Origin: Mobula hypostoma
Taxonomy: Eukaryota
DNA: 64,000 nt
Assembly: GCF_963921235.1 (NCBI RefSeq)
Contig: NC_086101.1
Location: 62,001 to 126,000 of the forward strand
Direction: 5' to 3'
The number at the start of each line of letters is the position of its first letter. Within the stretch, counting starts at the first letter, position 1. Shown here one piece after another: positions 23,130-34,210 of this stretch. The notes under the pieces were generated by a model. It had not been told where the DNA came from. It worked only from the letters and a program-made list of their open reading frames with translations, and did not search any database. The position numbers and the translations under genes were made by a program.

Positions 23130-23820
23130 GGCTGACTTGAGAACGACACCGACCGTGGCAGGTGGCAGGTCTCACAAATCACATTCACACCAGCTAACTT
23201 TTTTTTTAACCTACAGATTTGCACAGTTATCTTGACTAAACTGCTTCCTACCTTCCTATCTTTACATCCCTCCCCCCCATTAATCTCCCTCCTGAAATAT
23301 TCCTTGCCAGCAAGGGAAGTTCTACACACTCCCATTTACTTCCTCCCTCAGCTCCATTCTGGATCACAAACAGTCCTTCCAGGTGAGGCAACACTTCACC
23401 TGCGAGTCTGTCAGATTGATCTACTCTATCTGATGCTCCCGGTGTGACCTCCTCTACATCAGTGAGACCCAATGCAGTCCATTTTGCAATTACATTTGCT
23501 CTATCTGCAAGAAACAGAATTGACCATTCACAAACAAGCGAAAATCTGCAGATGCTGGAAATCCAAGCAACACACATAAAATCTTTTCAATGATTTAAAA
23601 TTCCCTGCCCCGATCATCTTATTTTCACTGTGGATACCCCGTCCATATACACCTCCACCTCCCACCAGGAAAGCCACAGAGCTCTCCGTTTCCACCTGGA
23701 CACCAGATCCGACGAGTTCCCTCCACCACCACTCTCCTGCTCTTCGTTTCGCTTGTCTTCTTTGTTTGAGCTGAGCTCTACTGTCACTTCTCTCTGTCAT
23801 CTTGCAGTAAACTGGTGTGA
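23130..23820 (+). repeat. Downstream segment of ZNF cassette (contains degraded PLE GIY-YIG remnant), duplicated at ~53430-54215 (-)
   Basis: ccaccaggaaagccacagagctctccgtttcca..tggacaccaga shared; caggtgaggcaacacttcacctgcgag PLE remnant. Confidence 0.85.
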
Positions 23821-23829
23821 GTCACGTGT

Positions 23830-24190
23830 GTGAATGATTTGGAGGAAAATGTAGGTCGGACAATTAGTGAGGGTGTGCATGACACCAGAACTGGTGTGTG
23901 GTGAAAGTGAGGGTTGTCTACAATGGGACAGAGATCAGCTGGGAATGTGGGCTCAGGAACGGCAGGTGGAGCTTAACTGGGACAAGCAAAATGTGATTGA
24001 TTTTGGGAAGTTAAACCAGAGCAGAACATACAGAGTGAATGACAGGGCCCAGGGAGTGTGGCAGAGCAGAGGGGCAGAGGGATACAAGTACAGAGTTCCC
24101 TGAAAGTGGTGACACACGTAGACGGGGTAGTGAAGAAAGTGTGGACAAGTTCTTTGCTGTGTAAATGGTCTTGTCATTATCCAGTTGTAA
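23830..24190 (+). mobile_element. Degraded CR1 fragment
   Basis: LQWDRDQLGMWAQERQVELN..K..VIDFGK motif. Confidence 0.7.
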
Positions 24191-24876
24191 GCCGGTGAAT
24201 TAACTTCATCTTTCTTCTCTTAGAGGGACAAGAATGCTGGAAACCATGCCATCTGGGTGAGTGCAGGGAACCACAGCATTTCACTGTATGAGCCAACAGT
24301 GAAGCCCACAGTACACAGTTCACAGTACAAGCACGAGACAGCAGATGGTATTGCAAAGGTCAAATGGCTACAGCAATTAATCGACACTACTAAGGAAGTC
24401 CATTAAATCGCAGACCATAATGTGGAAAAGAAAACACAGCAGCTTAGAGCTAATTTTGACATGCGAACAAAACTTTGGAAGTTGGAAAGATGACAGAAGG
24501 TTACGACCTCCATACATCAGCTGGGGTCTATCACATTTCTGAGATATGCAAGGTCATGTCAGGGACAGAGCCAGCCCATCAGTCTGTGTGACGAAGGCTC
24601 ATCACTGACTACGGACGGCACATGGCGCACTTGGGAAAACACTCATCCCCAGCAGTAATAGTGACTGGGTCTGAATCAGAGCTGCTGCATGGAGCTGTCT
24701 CATATAGAGGCAGCAACAACCTGCACAGGTGTGCTGATGGTGGAGGATACCATTTTTAATTGGATAATTGAGTTAATTAGCTTTTGGTTGGTCTGGGGGG
24801 AGGGGCTTAGCAGTTACAAGCCTCGGGTTACCAAGGCTTTGGGGTTAGTTTTCTTTTGTGTTTAGTCTGAGGGTGG

Positions 24877-24877
<1 letters not shown>

Positions 24878-24914
<37 letters not shown>
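24878..24914. repeat. (TA)n microsatellite
   Basis: Direct. Confidence 0.98.
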
Positions 24915-24917
<3 letters not shown>

Positions 24918-25824
24918 GTTTTCTTCCCAGTTTTTTGTCTTGCTTTGAGGTAAGTGAAAGCACCTCAATCTATTTTTGCGACTCAAGCCATCTTGTTATT
25001 TTTCTTAAACAATTGACCCACAGTTTTTTTGTGGCAGTCTGTCAGATCCAGACAGCTCTAGAGAGTTTAGGTTGGCACCATATGAACCAACTTGGAGATA
25101 GTGAATGTTCTTTGGAAGCTGAGGTCCATAAGTCACATTGTCAATGGGATGCTCTGGATGGAGATGATGATACTCTCAGATTTATCTTTCAGCCAATTGA
25201 CGATGGTGACGGTGAAGGAGCAGTTGACCCCTCAGTGAGTTGGGCAAACACTTTCACTTTGCACCCAGAGCTGAAGGGTAGTTCACTTCATAGTCAGCAT
25301 CCACAAGGGTGGGTTAAGGCAAGGCGATCTTTTCCCTCCTCTCAGCCAAGGCAGAGACAATGGAGGAGAGAAACAGATACGTTCGTCACCAAATGTTCTG
25401 GGAATGAAGCGGGGGATAGAGAAGTTGAATTTCAAGGAGGTATCAGGTAATCAGATAAGTACAGAAATTGCTTTTGATGGTTTATTCACAGATATTCAGA
25501 AATGGTTGATGTTGGAATACGACTGATAAGTGTCCTCGTAATGGTCGAATGCTCAATTGAAGGTTACATGTTCTCCAATAAAGTGTATTATTTCCCAGTT
25601 GTATATTCGTTATTCATGTGGACTGATGGAAGTGTAGTGGTAGCTAAGTGTCATTCCTCTGTCACTCAGTTAGCCACTTCCACATGGGAGGAGTTCACAC
25701 ACTGTACGAGCAGGGTTGTCAATAAAGATCTGTTGAGTATCCTGCATGCGGATGTCCTGGTGTGCTCTGCACTATCCCTCAATAACGTAAACAACATGGA
25801 GTAAGAAGTGGTTCATCAATGCAA

Positions 25825-25935
25825 AATCAATGGGTTGAAGATCTGACCTCCAGTGAACAAATGCTGGTGCGTTCTCAGCAGCCCAGTTCCGGTAGATTTC
25901 ACTGAATTACAACAGAAAATTTATTTCAGACAAAA
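25825..25935 (-). pseudogene. Remnant of the terminal-exon leader of ZNF copy C
   Basis: Reverse complement matches 21515-21622 and is collinear with 59610-59715; similarity stops at ~25825 with no fingers following. Confidence 0.75.
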
Positions 25936-26219
25936 CTTGTTTTGACAGTATTCTGAGAGGTGTATCATTGTGCAGTTTGTTATATCAAATAAAAGTGCAG
26001 AGCATTTTCTAAAGGGAGGGGAATATCAAACATCTGAGCTGCAAAGACACTTGAGAGTCCTTGTGCTGGATTCCCTGGAGGTTAGTTTGTAGGCTGAGTT
26101 GGCAAGGAAGAAAAATACTATGTATGCATTCATTTCAGGAGGACCAGAATATACACTCGAGGATGTATTGTTAAATATTTATAATGCACAGGCGAGGCGT
26201 CACTTGGAGTATTGGATGA

Positions 26220-27215
26220 TAGGCAAATTGCAGTGGGTCCAGGTGCCTGCTGAAGCGGGAGTTGATCTCAGCCATAATCCAACTCTCAAAGCACTTCGTC
26301 ACCTAAGATGAGAGTGCTAGTGAACAATAGTCATTAAGGGAGCTCACCCAGCTCTTCCTGGGCACTGGTATAATTGTAGCCCTTTGGAAGTCGGTGGGAA
26401 GTTCCGACCATAGCAATGAGATTGAAAATGTCTTTTAATACCCCCACTAATTGGTTAGCTCTGGTTTCAGAGCATTACCTTTGTAGGAAGTAATGGTGTG
26501 TAAACCCTGCCAGAATTGACATTCGATGTCGCCTGCAACCTCGCTTGGAATTGTTTCTTGGCTCTTGAAATAGCCCTCTGCAAGTCGTGCCTCATTTATT
26601 TGTACAGACCTGGGTGGCCAGACTTAAATGCCACAGATCTAACGCCCGGCAGACTACGAGCCTCCTGGTCATCCACAACTTTTGATCTGGGAAATGTGTA
26701 GTAAGTTCTTGTTGGGACACACTCATCCACACAGGTTTTAATGAAGTCGGTGTCAGCTGTGACATACTCACTCACACTCGAAGATGAGTCCCTGAATACA
26801 CCCATTCTAAGTTGTCCTGTAAGTGCTTCTGCACCTCGCTTGTTCATATCTTCTTGGTCCTCACTGCTGCTGTTGCAATATTCTGTGTCTGCCGATCCTC
26901 CGGGAGAAGACGTACAGCCAGGTGTTCAGACATTCCAAAGTGTGAGCCTGGGACAGCACGGTAAGCAAACTTGATGGTGATGTGACAGTGGCTCAGGGTG
27001 TTGGTTCCTCTGGTACTATCAGTGATTTGTTGGTAATTATTTCGAGACTTTTTCAAGCTGGCCTGGTTCAAATCTCCCCCAGAATGACGGGAGTAGCACC
27101 AGGGTGAACTATTGGTGCCTGTTGATCACATTACTGAGTTCGTCTGTAGCCTGAGGTGGAATATAGACCTCCACCAAAATGATTGCTGAAATCTCCCATG
27201 GCAGGTAAAATGGCT
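26220..27215 (-). mobile_element. Rex/Babar-like LINE fragment (endonuclease C-terminus and tether)
   Basis: TRGTNTLSHC..TIK.AYRA.P..HFG.SEHLAV.LLP; DFIKTCVDECVP motifs. Confidence 0.75.
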
Positions 27216-27219
27216 GACA

Positions 27220-27765
27220 CTTGATTGTCAGGTGTTTGAGCAGTAATCTGGATTATTGTGCGCAGTTTTGGTTACCTCCCTGCATGAAAGACGTAAATAA
27301 GGTTGGAAGAGCAGAGAGAAATTTGACAAGGATGTTGCTGGATCTGGTGGACCTGAGGTATGAGAAAGGATTGAAGAGGTTTGGACTTTATTCAATTGTA
27401 CATGGAAGATTGAGAGGAGATTTGGTGGAGGTAGACAAAACTATGAGTGGTTTAGATAGGGTAAACGCAAGCAGGCTTTTTCAACTGAGATTAAGTGGGA
27501 GTAAAACCTGAGGTCATGAGTTATGGGTGAAAGCTGAAAACTTCTGGGGAAAGTAGGGTGTAGCTCCTTCACTCGGAGCTCCATTAGAGTGTGGAATGAG
27601 CTGCCAGCACAAGTGGTGTGAAAGAGCTCGATTTCAACGTATAAGCAATGCTTGGTTAGGTACTGAGGACTATAGTCCCAAAGCAGGTCGAAGAGATTAG
27701 GCAGTTTAAATGGTTTTGGCATGGGCAGAAGGGCCAGTTTCTGTGCAGTACTTTCCAAAGGTTCT
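27220..27765 (+). mobile_element. Degraded CR1 3' fragment
   Basis: LDYCAQFW.P..KDVNKV, RLRGDLVEV motifs. Confidence 0.8.
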
Positions 27766-27789
27766 GTCACTTCACTTGGATCTTCCAGC

Positions 27790-28708
27790 TGTGAGGGGAT
27801 CCAGGAGTGCCCCTATTAATTGTTTGAAGAGAGACAGAGAGAGACATTTATCATTGATGGTTTGTTTGGAAAGGAGAGAAAGACCAAGATCTTTGGACTG
27901 CCACTTTAAGGCATTGGAAGTAACTTTGGATTTCTACTGAGTTTGGAGTTGGAGTCAGCACCGAGCAGCTCGAAAGTTGCTATGGTGACCGAAAGGACAT
28001 TATTGATGTTACTTTCAATGACTTGCTGCCTGCTTGTGCATTTCTTCACAGACAAAGGAAGGAGGGACTCTTTGAATAACAGGTGATGCTCAGCACAGAG
28101 AAATAAATAGGAGGTCAGATGATATAGACATCAGACACATGATCTGGACACTGAATGAGCATTGTTGTGCCCGCAGAGAAAGTGGGTTTTGGAGGATCGA
28201 TCAGGCGGATCGATTCCAAATTGCTATTCCAGCGTGAAGAAGGGGTTGACTGGTGGGAAGTTGTCTATGTGTCCACCCTTGCCGGGGTGATAGCTCCACC
28301 ACAGAAAACCGGTCCCCCTGGTTAAAGTCCAGTCGGAGACTTGTAACGGATTTCGGCGGATGACGAGAAGATCAACGGCATCAGCTCACTTGAGGATTCA
28401 ATTCACTCTCTCTCTCTCTCCATCACTACTCAACTAAATACCACGACCTGAACTGAACTGAACTTTACTCAACATTGTAAGACTGTATCTTTTTACCCCT
28501 AGACTTAAAGAAGCTTGGTTTTTCATACATATATATATATTCCACACTTACTTTTATATATAATCATTGCTAACCTGTTTGATTTATCTACATTTATATT
28601 ACTGTATTGCATAGTTACTAATAAATATTATTAGTTAATAGCAATACTGGACTCCAAAGTGTTTTCCATCTCTGCTGGTTCTTTATTCCCGTCACGGGGT
28701 ATGTGACA
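27790..28708 (+). mobile_element. Solo LTR (gypsy/Gmr1-type family), 919 bp
   Basis: TG...CA ends, 4-bp TSD CAGC (27786-27789 / 28709-28712), AATAAA at 28620, strong similarity to 52551-53360. Confidence 0.9.
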
Positions 28709-28859
28709 CAGCATACATCTCATTAGAACAGCTTTTAAATCGCTGGTATTTTTTTTCTTTTCTCTAACTGTTTTCCACAAGTATTCCCCGAGGTCCATGA
28801 TACCTCACCCTCTTCTCGAGTTGGAGTTGTAGTTGGAGTTGGATGGGCTGAGGATCATT

Positions 28860-29560
28860 TAGAAGGCTGAAAATATCGATGAGATTCTTGGAGAGGTGGT
28901 CACAAGTAGAGTAAAGGCTTCGGACAGTAGGTGGGTGACAACCAGGAAAGGTAAGGTGATTAAGAAGTCAGTACAGTGTTCCCCTTTTGCCATTCCCATC
29001 AGCAAAATATATACCCCTTCGGATACTGCTGGTGGGAAATGACCCATCAACTCACGGCAGCAGCAGCCAGGCTTGTGGCACTGTGGCCGGCTCTGAGCCT
29101 GACACGGAAGGGTAAAGGAGGCAGTACAGTAGTTATAGGGGACAGGATAGTTCGGGGAACAGCAAGGAGATTCTGTGGCCACAAAAGAGACAGCAGAGTG
29201 GTGTGTTACCTCCCGGGTGCCGGGATCCAGAACGGATCAAAGCAGCGGCAGGATAGGTGGCAAAATGGAAATAACAGGCATGATGGGTCGGATAGTTTGT
29301 CGTGTATATTGTGATTAAAGGTGATGGACAGAGCATTGATCAGTACATGGAACCATTACTGAGAGGAGCAGGGAAGCGTGATTAATGCACCAGATATTCC
29401 ATGTTTTAGAGAAGTTAAAGGAGGAGGTAAAAGAGGGTGTGGAGTTGCACTCCTAATCAGGACACTATCACAGCTGCACTCCTTGGAGACATAATGGTGC
29501 GGTCAGACACTGAGTCCATTGAGTAGAACTTGGGAATAAGAAGGTGCAATCACACTAGCA
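28860..29560 (+). mobile_element. Degraded CR1 ORF1 (esterase-like) and ORF2 start
   Basis: VVIGDRIVRG..RRFCG..RDSRVVCYLPGA; KRG.GVALLI remnant. Confidence 0.75.
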
Positions 29561-30879
29561 GAAGAGATTCGCACACTCATGTGTACTGGACTGCTTCACG
29601 CCTGTTTCCACTGGTAGTAGCCCACTCCACCTGCACCTCCTGGTGCGACCAAGGCCGGATCAGGGCTTGGGAAGGTGGTGCTGGACAGGGTACTGTTGGT
29701 GACTGGAATAGATAGTTGGTGTTGAGAGAACGTATGGAGGACTTTCCGAACTCGCAGTTCCGTACTGAGATCCCCCTTGTGTTCAGTACATCAGCCAAAA
29801 TCACAGCAGGTCATGGCCGACTCAAACAGGGACTCCTGGGAAGTTTTCTTTGAGTGAACCAGAAGGGAGGGAAGTTTGGATGGGAATTACTAGGAATAGA
29901 GATGAGAGTGGCTAACCAGCTCCAAGCTCATGATGTCCAGACCGACGGAGTTTAACCCTCGCCATGAACACCTGCTACTCAGTCAAGCTGCCTCTGGGGC
30001 CGATATACTCTCTCTGGCTGTGCCAGCCGCAGGAACAAAGATAGTTGCATAGGGATTGTGGAGAGGGCTTGCAGGTATGTCCATGTTGGAGAGTGGGGTT
30101 GGGGGGGGGGTCACATAAAAGGTCAGTTGAGATCTGAGACTGCCCTCTGCAAAGTTTAACCCACCCACAACAGGGATGCCCCTGAATGGGGTCGAGTCCA
30201 AATGGTTGGTTCCCCAAAAAGAGCTGTTGCCAAGTGGAGAGCAGGATCCTCGGTGCCAGTCTGTACTGGGGTTTACCATGCAGTGTGGCCTGGAACATCA
30301 GTGACAGGGTCCCCTCCAGAGCCACTACAGTAACTGTCAGCTGGTCCACCAGGGGGAAAGCCCATTGATCAGACCAAACAACTTCAGACAGAACTGCTCC
30401 GGAAGACAAACACCCACCGGCACATAGAAATGGTAACTTTTAAAATTAGAAATAAATCAATGTTAAAAAAAAATAGAGGTTGAATGTTGATCCCTCTGAT
30501 CTCAGGATAGAAGGGATGGAAAGGGTCCTGAGGTGAGAGAGGTGGTTACACACCGTCTCCACGACTCAGTCGACCCATGAAGAGGAACGGGAACATCTAT
30601 TGTGTCAACACCGAGAGGTGGATGGGACACGGAGGGACTGACCTCAAGAGGGTCAGTTCAGTTGCAACTGGGAAGTTGAGGCTTCTTCACTAAATATACT
30701 TAAGATACAGTTAGATAGGTTTTTACATAGGGGAATTAAAGGTTATGGGGAAAAGGCAGGTAGATGGAGCTGAGTTTACGGACAGATCAGCCATGATCTT
30801 ATTGAATGGCAGGGCAGGCTCGATGGGCCACATGGCCTACATCTGCTCCTATTTCTTAAGTTCTTATGTTCTATGACTG

Positions 30880-31434
30880 TGTTCCTGTCTGTATGAGAAT
30901 GGGCGATTTCTGCCCTCAATCAACCTGTGACTTGGCTCAATTTGACCCTGTCCATTGGTGTTATTTTAAGTTCTTGTCATGTCCCACAGCAGTACAAACA
31001 GCACTTCTTACAACATGCTTGATCCTGTCAATTTTCTAATTACTCTAATACCCTCCCAACAAGCGATTGACAGTGATGAACCCATTGATGGCAATGCCAA
31101 CGGACATGAAAGGGAGGGTAGTGGTAATTATCATAGTAGCACTCTTCTGATGTGAAAGTCACAAGTCACTTGTCATCAAGGGCAAAGGTGTTTCATGTCG
31201 TTATTTACCCACAGAGAACTAAAGCTGACGGAAGGATTTTTTCTTTTAGCCGAACAGCACTAATTGAGATTTTCAATGACTGAAAGGTAGATTATTCATC
31301 AGAGATTAACTGGGAAATATATTTTTGTTCTGAGTTCTAGTCCTTGGATTTATATAGCTGGAGCTCGGCAGTGTTTGGGAGATACATCAGCTCCCATCTC
31401 CTCCGATTGTACGGGGACAACAGCGGTAGTATTA
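30880..31434 (-). other. Intron-1 module of ZNF copy C
   Basis: Collinear with 61858-62400 and reverse complement of 17280-17610+19075-19320. Confidence 0.85.
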
Positions 31435-31526
31435 GACAAAATAATCTGCAGATGCTGTGATCAAAACAACACTTTCAGTATGCTGGATGAACTCAGCAGG
31501 TTGGGCAGCATCAGTTAGAAATGATG

Positions 31527-31562
31527 AGTTGACTTTTCGGGCTGGAACCCTTCGTCAGGACT
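31527..31562 (-). ncRNA. Minimal hammerhead, slightly mutated
   Basis: rc: agtc-CTGACGA-agggttccagccc-GAAAA-GTC-aact. Confidence 0.65.
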
Positions 31563-32975
31563 GAAGAATGAAAGATGGGGAAGGATTTGAAGAATGCTTG
31601 GAGTTTCAGTTGAAAGACCAGTAATTTGAAAGACAGAGGGGTGGGAGAGGGGAAGCATTGATGTCATAGCCCTGAAAACAATGAGTAGTAGAAGAAGGAG
31701 GCGGAACCATGAGGGAGCTGGGGGAGGGGGTAGTGTGACATAGGGATAGAGGAAGGGAGGGGGAGGGAATTACCAGAAGTTGGAGAATTCTATTTTCATA
31801 CCAAGGGGCTGGAGACTACCTAGACAGTATATGAAGTGTTGCTCCTCCAACATGAGTTTAGCCTCATCATGGCAGTAGAGGAGGCCATGTATGGATATAT
31901 CTGAATGGGAATGGGAAGCAGAGTTGAAGTGGGTGGCTATCGGGAGATCCTGTCTGTTGTGGCAGATGGAGTGGAGGTGCTCGACGAAGCAGTCCCCCAA
32001 TCTGCGTCAGGTTTCACTGATGTAGAGGAGGCCGCACCGGGAGCACTGGATGCAATAGATGACCCCAACAGACTCACAGGTGAAGTGTTGTCTCACCCGG
32101 AAGGACTGTTTGGGGCCCTGAATGGTTGCAGGAGATGAGTTGTCGGGACAGGTATAGCACTTACGCTTACAGGGATAAGTGCCGGGTTGGAGATCAGTGG
32201 GGATGGACGTGTGGATAAGGGAGTTGCGGAGGGACCGATCCCTGCTAAGCACATCCTTCCCTCTCCACCCCTCTCCATTTTCCGCAGGGATTGGTCCCTC
32301 CGCGACTCCCTTATCCGCACGTCCATCCCCACTGACCTCCAACCCGGCACTTATCCCTGTAAGCTTAAGTGCTACACCTGTCCCTACACCTCATTTCTTG
32401 CAACCATTCAGGGCCTGAAACAGTCCGTCCAGGTGAGACAAGACTTCACTTGTGAGTCTGTTGGGGTCATCTACTGCATCTGGTGCTCCCGGTGCGGCCT
32501 CCTCTACATCGGTGAAACCCAACGCAGATTGGGGGACCGCTTTGTTGAGCACCTCCACTCCGTCCGCCACAACAGACAGGATCACCCGGTAGCCACCCAC
32601 TTCAACTCTGTTTCCCATTCCCATTCAGATATGTCCATACATGGCCTCCTCTACTGCCATGATGAGGCTAAACTCATGTTGGAGGAGCAACACTTCATAT
32701 ACTGTCTAGGTAGTCTCCAGCCCCTTGGTATGAAAATAGAATTCTCCAACTTCTGGCAATTCCCTCCCCCTCTCTTCCCCTATCCCTATTTCACTCTACC
32801 CTCCCCCCCAGCTCCCTCATCGTTCCGCCTCTTTCTTCTTCTTCTTCTGCTACCCTTTGTTTTCAGGGCTATGATGTCAATGCTTCCCCTCCCCCACCCC
32901 TCTGTCTTTCAAATTACTGGTTTTTCAACTGAAACTACAAGCATTCTTCAAATCCTTCCCTATCTTTCATTCTTC

Positions 32976-33011
32976 AGTCCTGACGAAGGGTTCCGGCCCG
33001 AAACGTCGACT
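32976..33011 (+). ncRNA. Minimal type I hammerhead ribozyme
   Basis: agtc-CTGACGA-agggttccggccc-GAAAC-GTC-gact. Confidence 0.85.
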
Positions 33012-33077
33012 CATCGTTTCTAACTGGTGCTGCCCGACCTGCTGAATTCATCCAGCGTACTGAAACCGGTAGTATTA

Positions 33078-33400
33078 CCCATGGCTGCCTCATTACCCGG
33101 AAGCCCACACCAACAAAACCGATCTATCCGCCATCCAAGGATCCAGCGCTGCGCATGCGCCGCAGAAATGGCGACGACGCCAACGGTCATCAACCGAAAA
33201 CTCTGGGGCTGAAAAAGAGGGAAAGGACCGTGAACTGTCCAGAGTTGCAGGAGTGGTGTGGCCGGGGCGCACAGTCATTGTTGTTCAATCGCAGTTCAAA
33301 CACCGATAATTAAAGACCCACCCGGAACTCCCTCTTACCTGCGGCCAATCCTCGAGCGCCTCTCATCTATTGAGCGCATGCGCGATATCCGGAATTCGCT
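33078..33400 (-). promoter_or_regulatory. CpG-rich promoter/first exon(s) of ZNF copy C
   Basis: Homologous to 16945-17280; GCGCATGCGC at 33151-33160 and 33374-33383; YY1-type CGCCATTT (rc 33166-33173); donor CAG|GTAAG (rc 33334-33341). Confidence 0.75.
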
Positions 33401-33711
33401 CAGACCTCTACCCATGGGCGTCTAATCCCGAGTTGGAATTTCTATCATTATGGCAGCATAATTTAAAAACACACCAAGAAGTGTGCAGATTTAAGTAAAA
33501 ATCAAATATAGAATGAATAATAATTAATTAATTTTCAATAATAAAGCAGATACTATTGTACTATGATGTGTGTCCTCCTGTCGCATGACGATGAACTGAT
33601 GTATACGCTTATTCTGTAACGATCCTTGTGACACTAACATAAAGCAGCTGTGACGGACATGTTTGTGCCTTTAAAATGGAGAGAAAGAGATAAACTGACT
33701 ACAGTACTGCC

Positions 33712-33919
33712 ACAAACAACAGGAATTCTGCAGATGCTGGAAATTCAAGCAACACACATAAAAGTTGCTGGTGAACGCAGCAGGCCAGGCAGCATCTATA
33801 GGAAGAGGCGCAGTCGACGTTACAGGCCGAGACCCTTCATCAGGACTTCGTCGACTGCGCCTCTTCCTATAGATGCTGCCTGGCCTGCTGCGTTCACCAG
33901 CAACTTTTATGTGTGTTGC
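33712..33919. mobile_element. 208-bp inverted mini-Penelope insertion (hairpin) with one hammerhead on the minus strand
   Basis: Perfect ~71-bp inverted repeat 33749-33819 / 33849-33919; TSD tacagtactgcc 33700-33711 / 33920-33931. Confidence 0.9.
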
Positions 33920-34210
33920 TACAGTACTGCCGCCTGCTTGTGGATTGCGATGGTGAGAGAGAGGTGGGGTTATGTGATGGACAGTTCGATGTTTACAGTT
34001 GCTTCGCAGTGTGTTTATTTAAGCAAGGTCAGATGACTCTCTCGCGGAGACACAGAGTGGAACACCGGTTAAGGCGACCGGTCAACGAAAGGAAGCCAGT
34101 GACGGAAGAGTCACTGGGTGGAACTGTCGAGTGCCCACCAGGGTGGGTTGAGGATCGATCAGTGGCTATCACGGTGTGTAGCAGGGCTGACCCTGTGGAG
34201 GCTACTCGTG

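Larger units (their letters stand above)
31435..33066. mobile_element. Inverted (palindromic) Penelope insertion, two ~760-bp arms encoding GIY-YIG domain
   Basis: Arms ~31478-32245 (-) and ~32284-33066 (+); 11-bp TSD cggtagtatta at 31424-31434 / 33067-33077. Confidence 0.93.

Noticed and set aside
29580..30660. ORFs 29975-30409 and neighbours
   Set aside because: No recognisable motifs; probably decayed repeats, left unassigned
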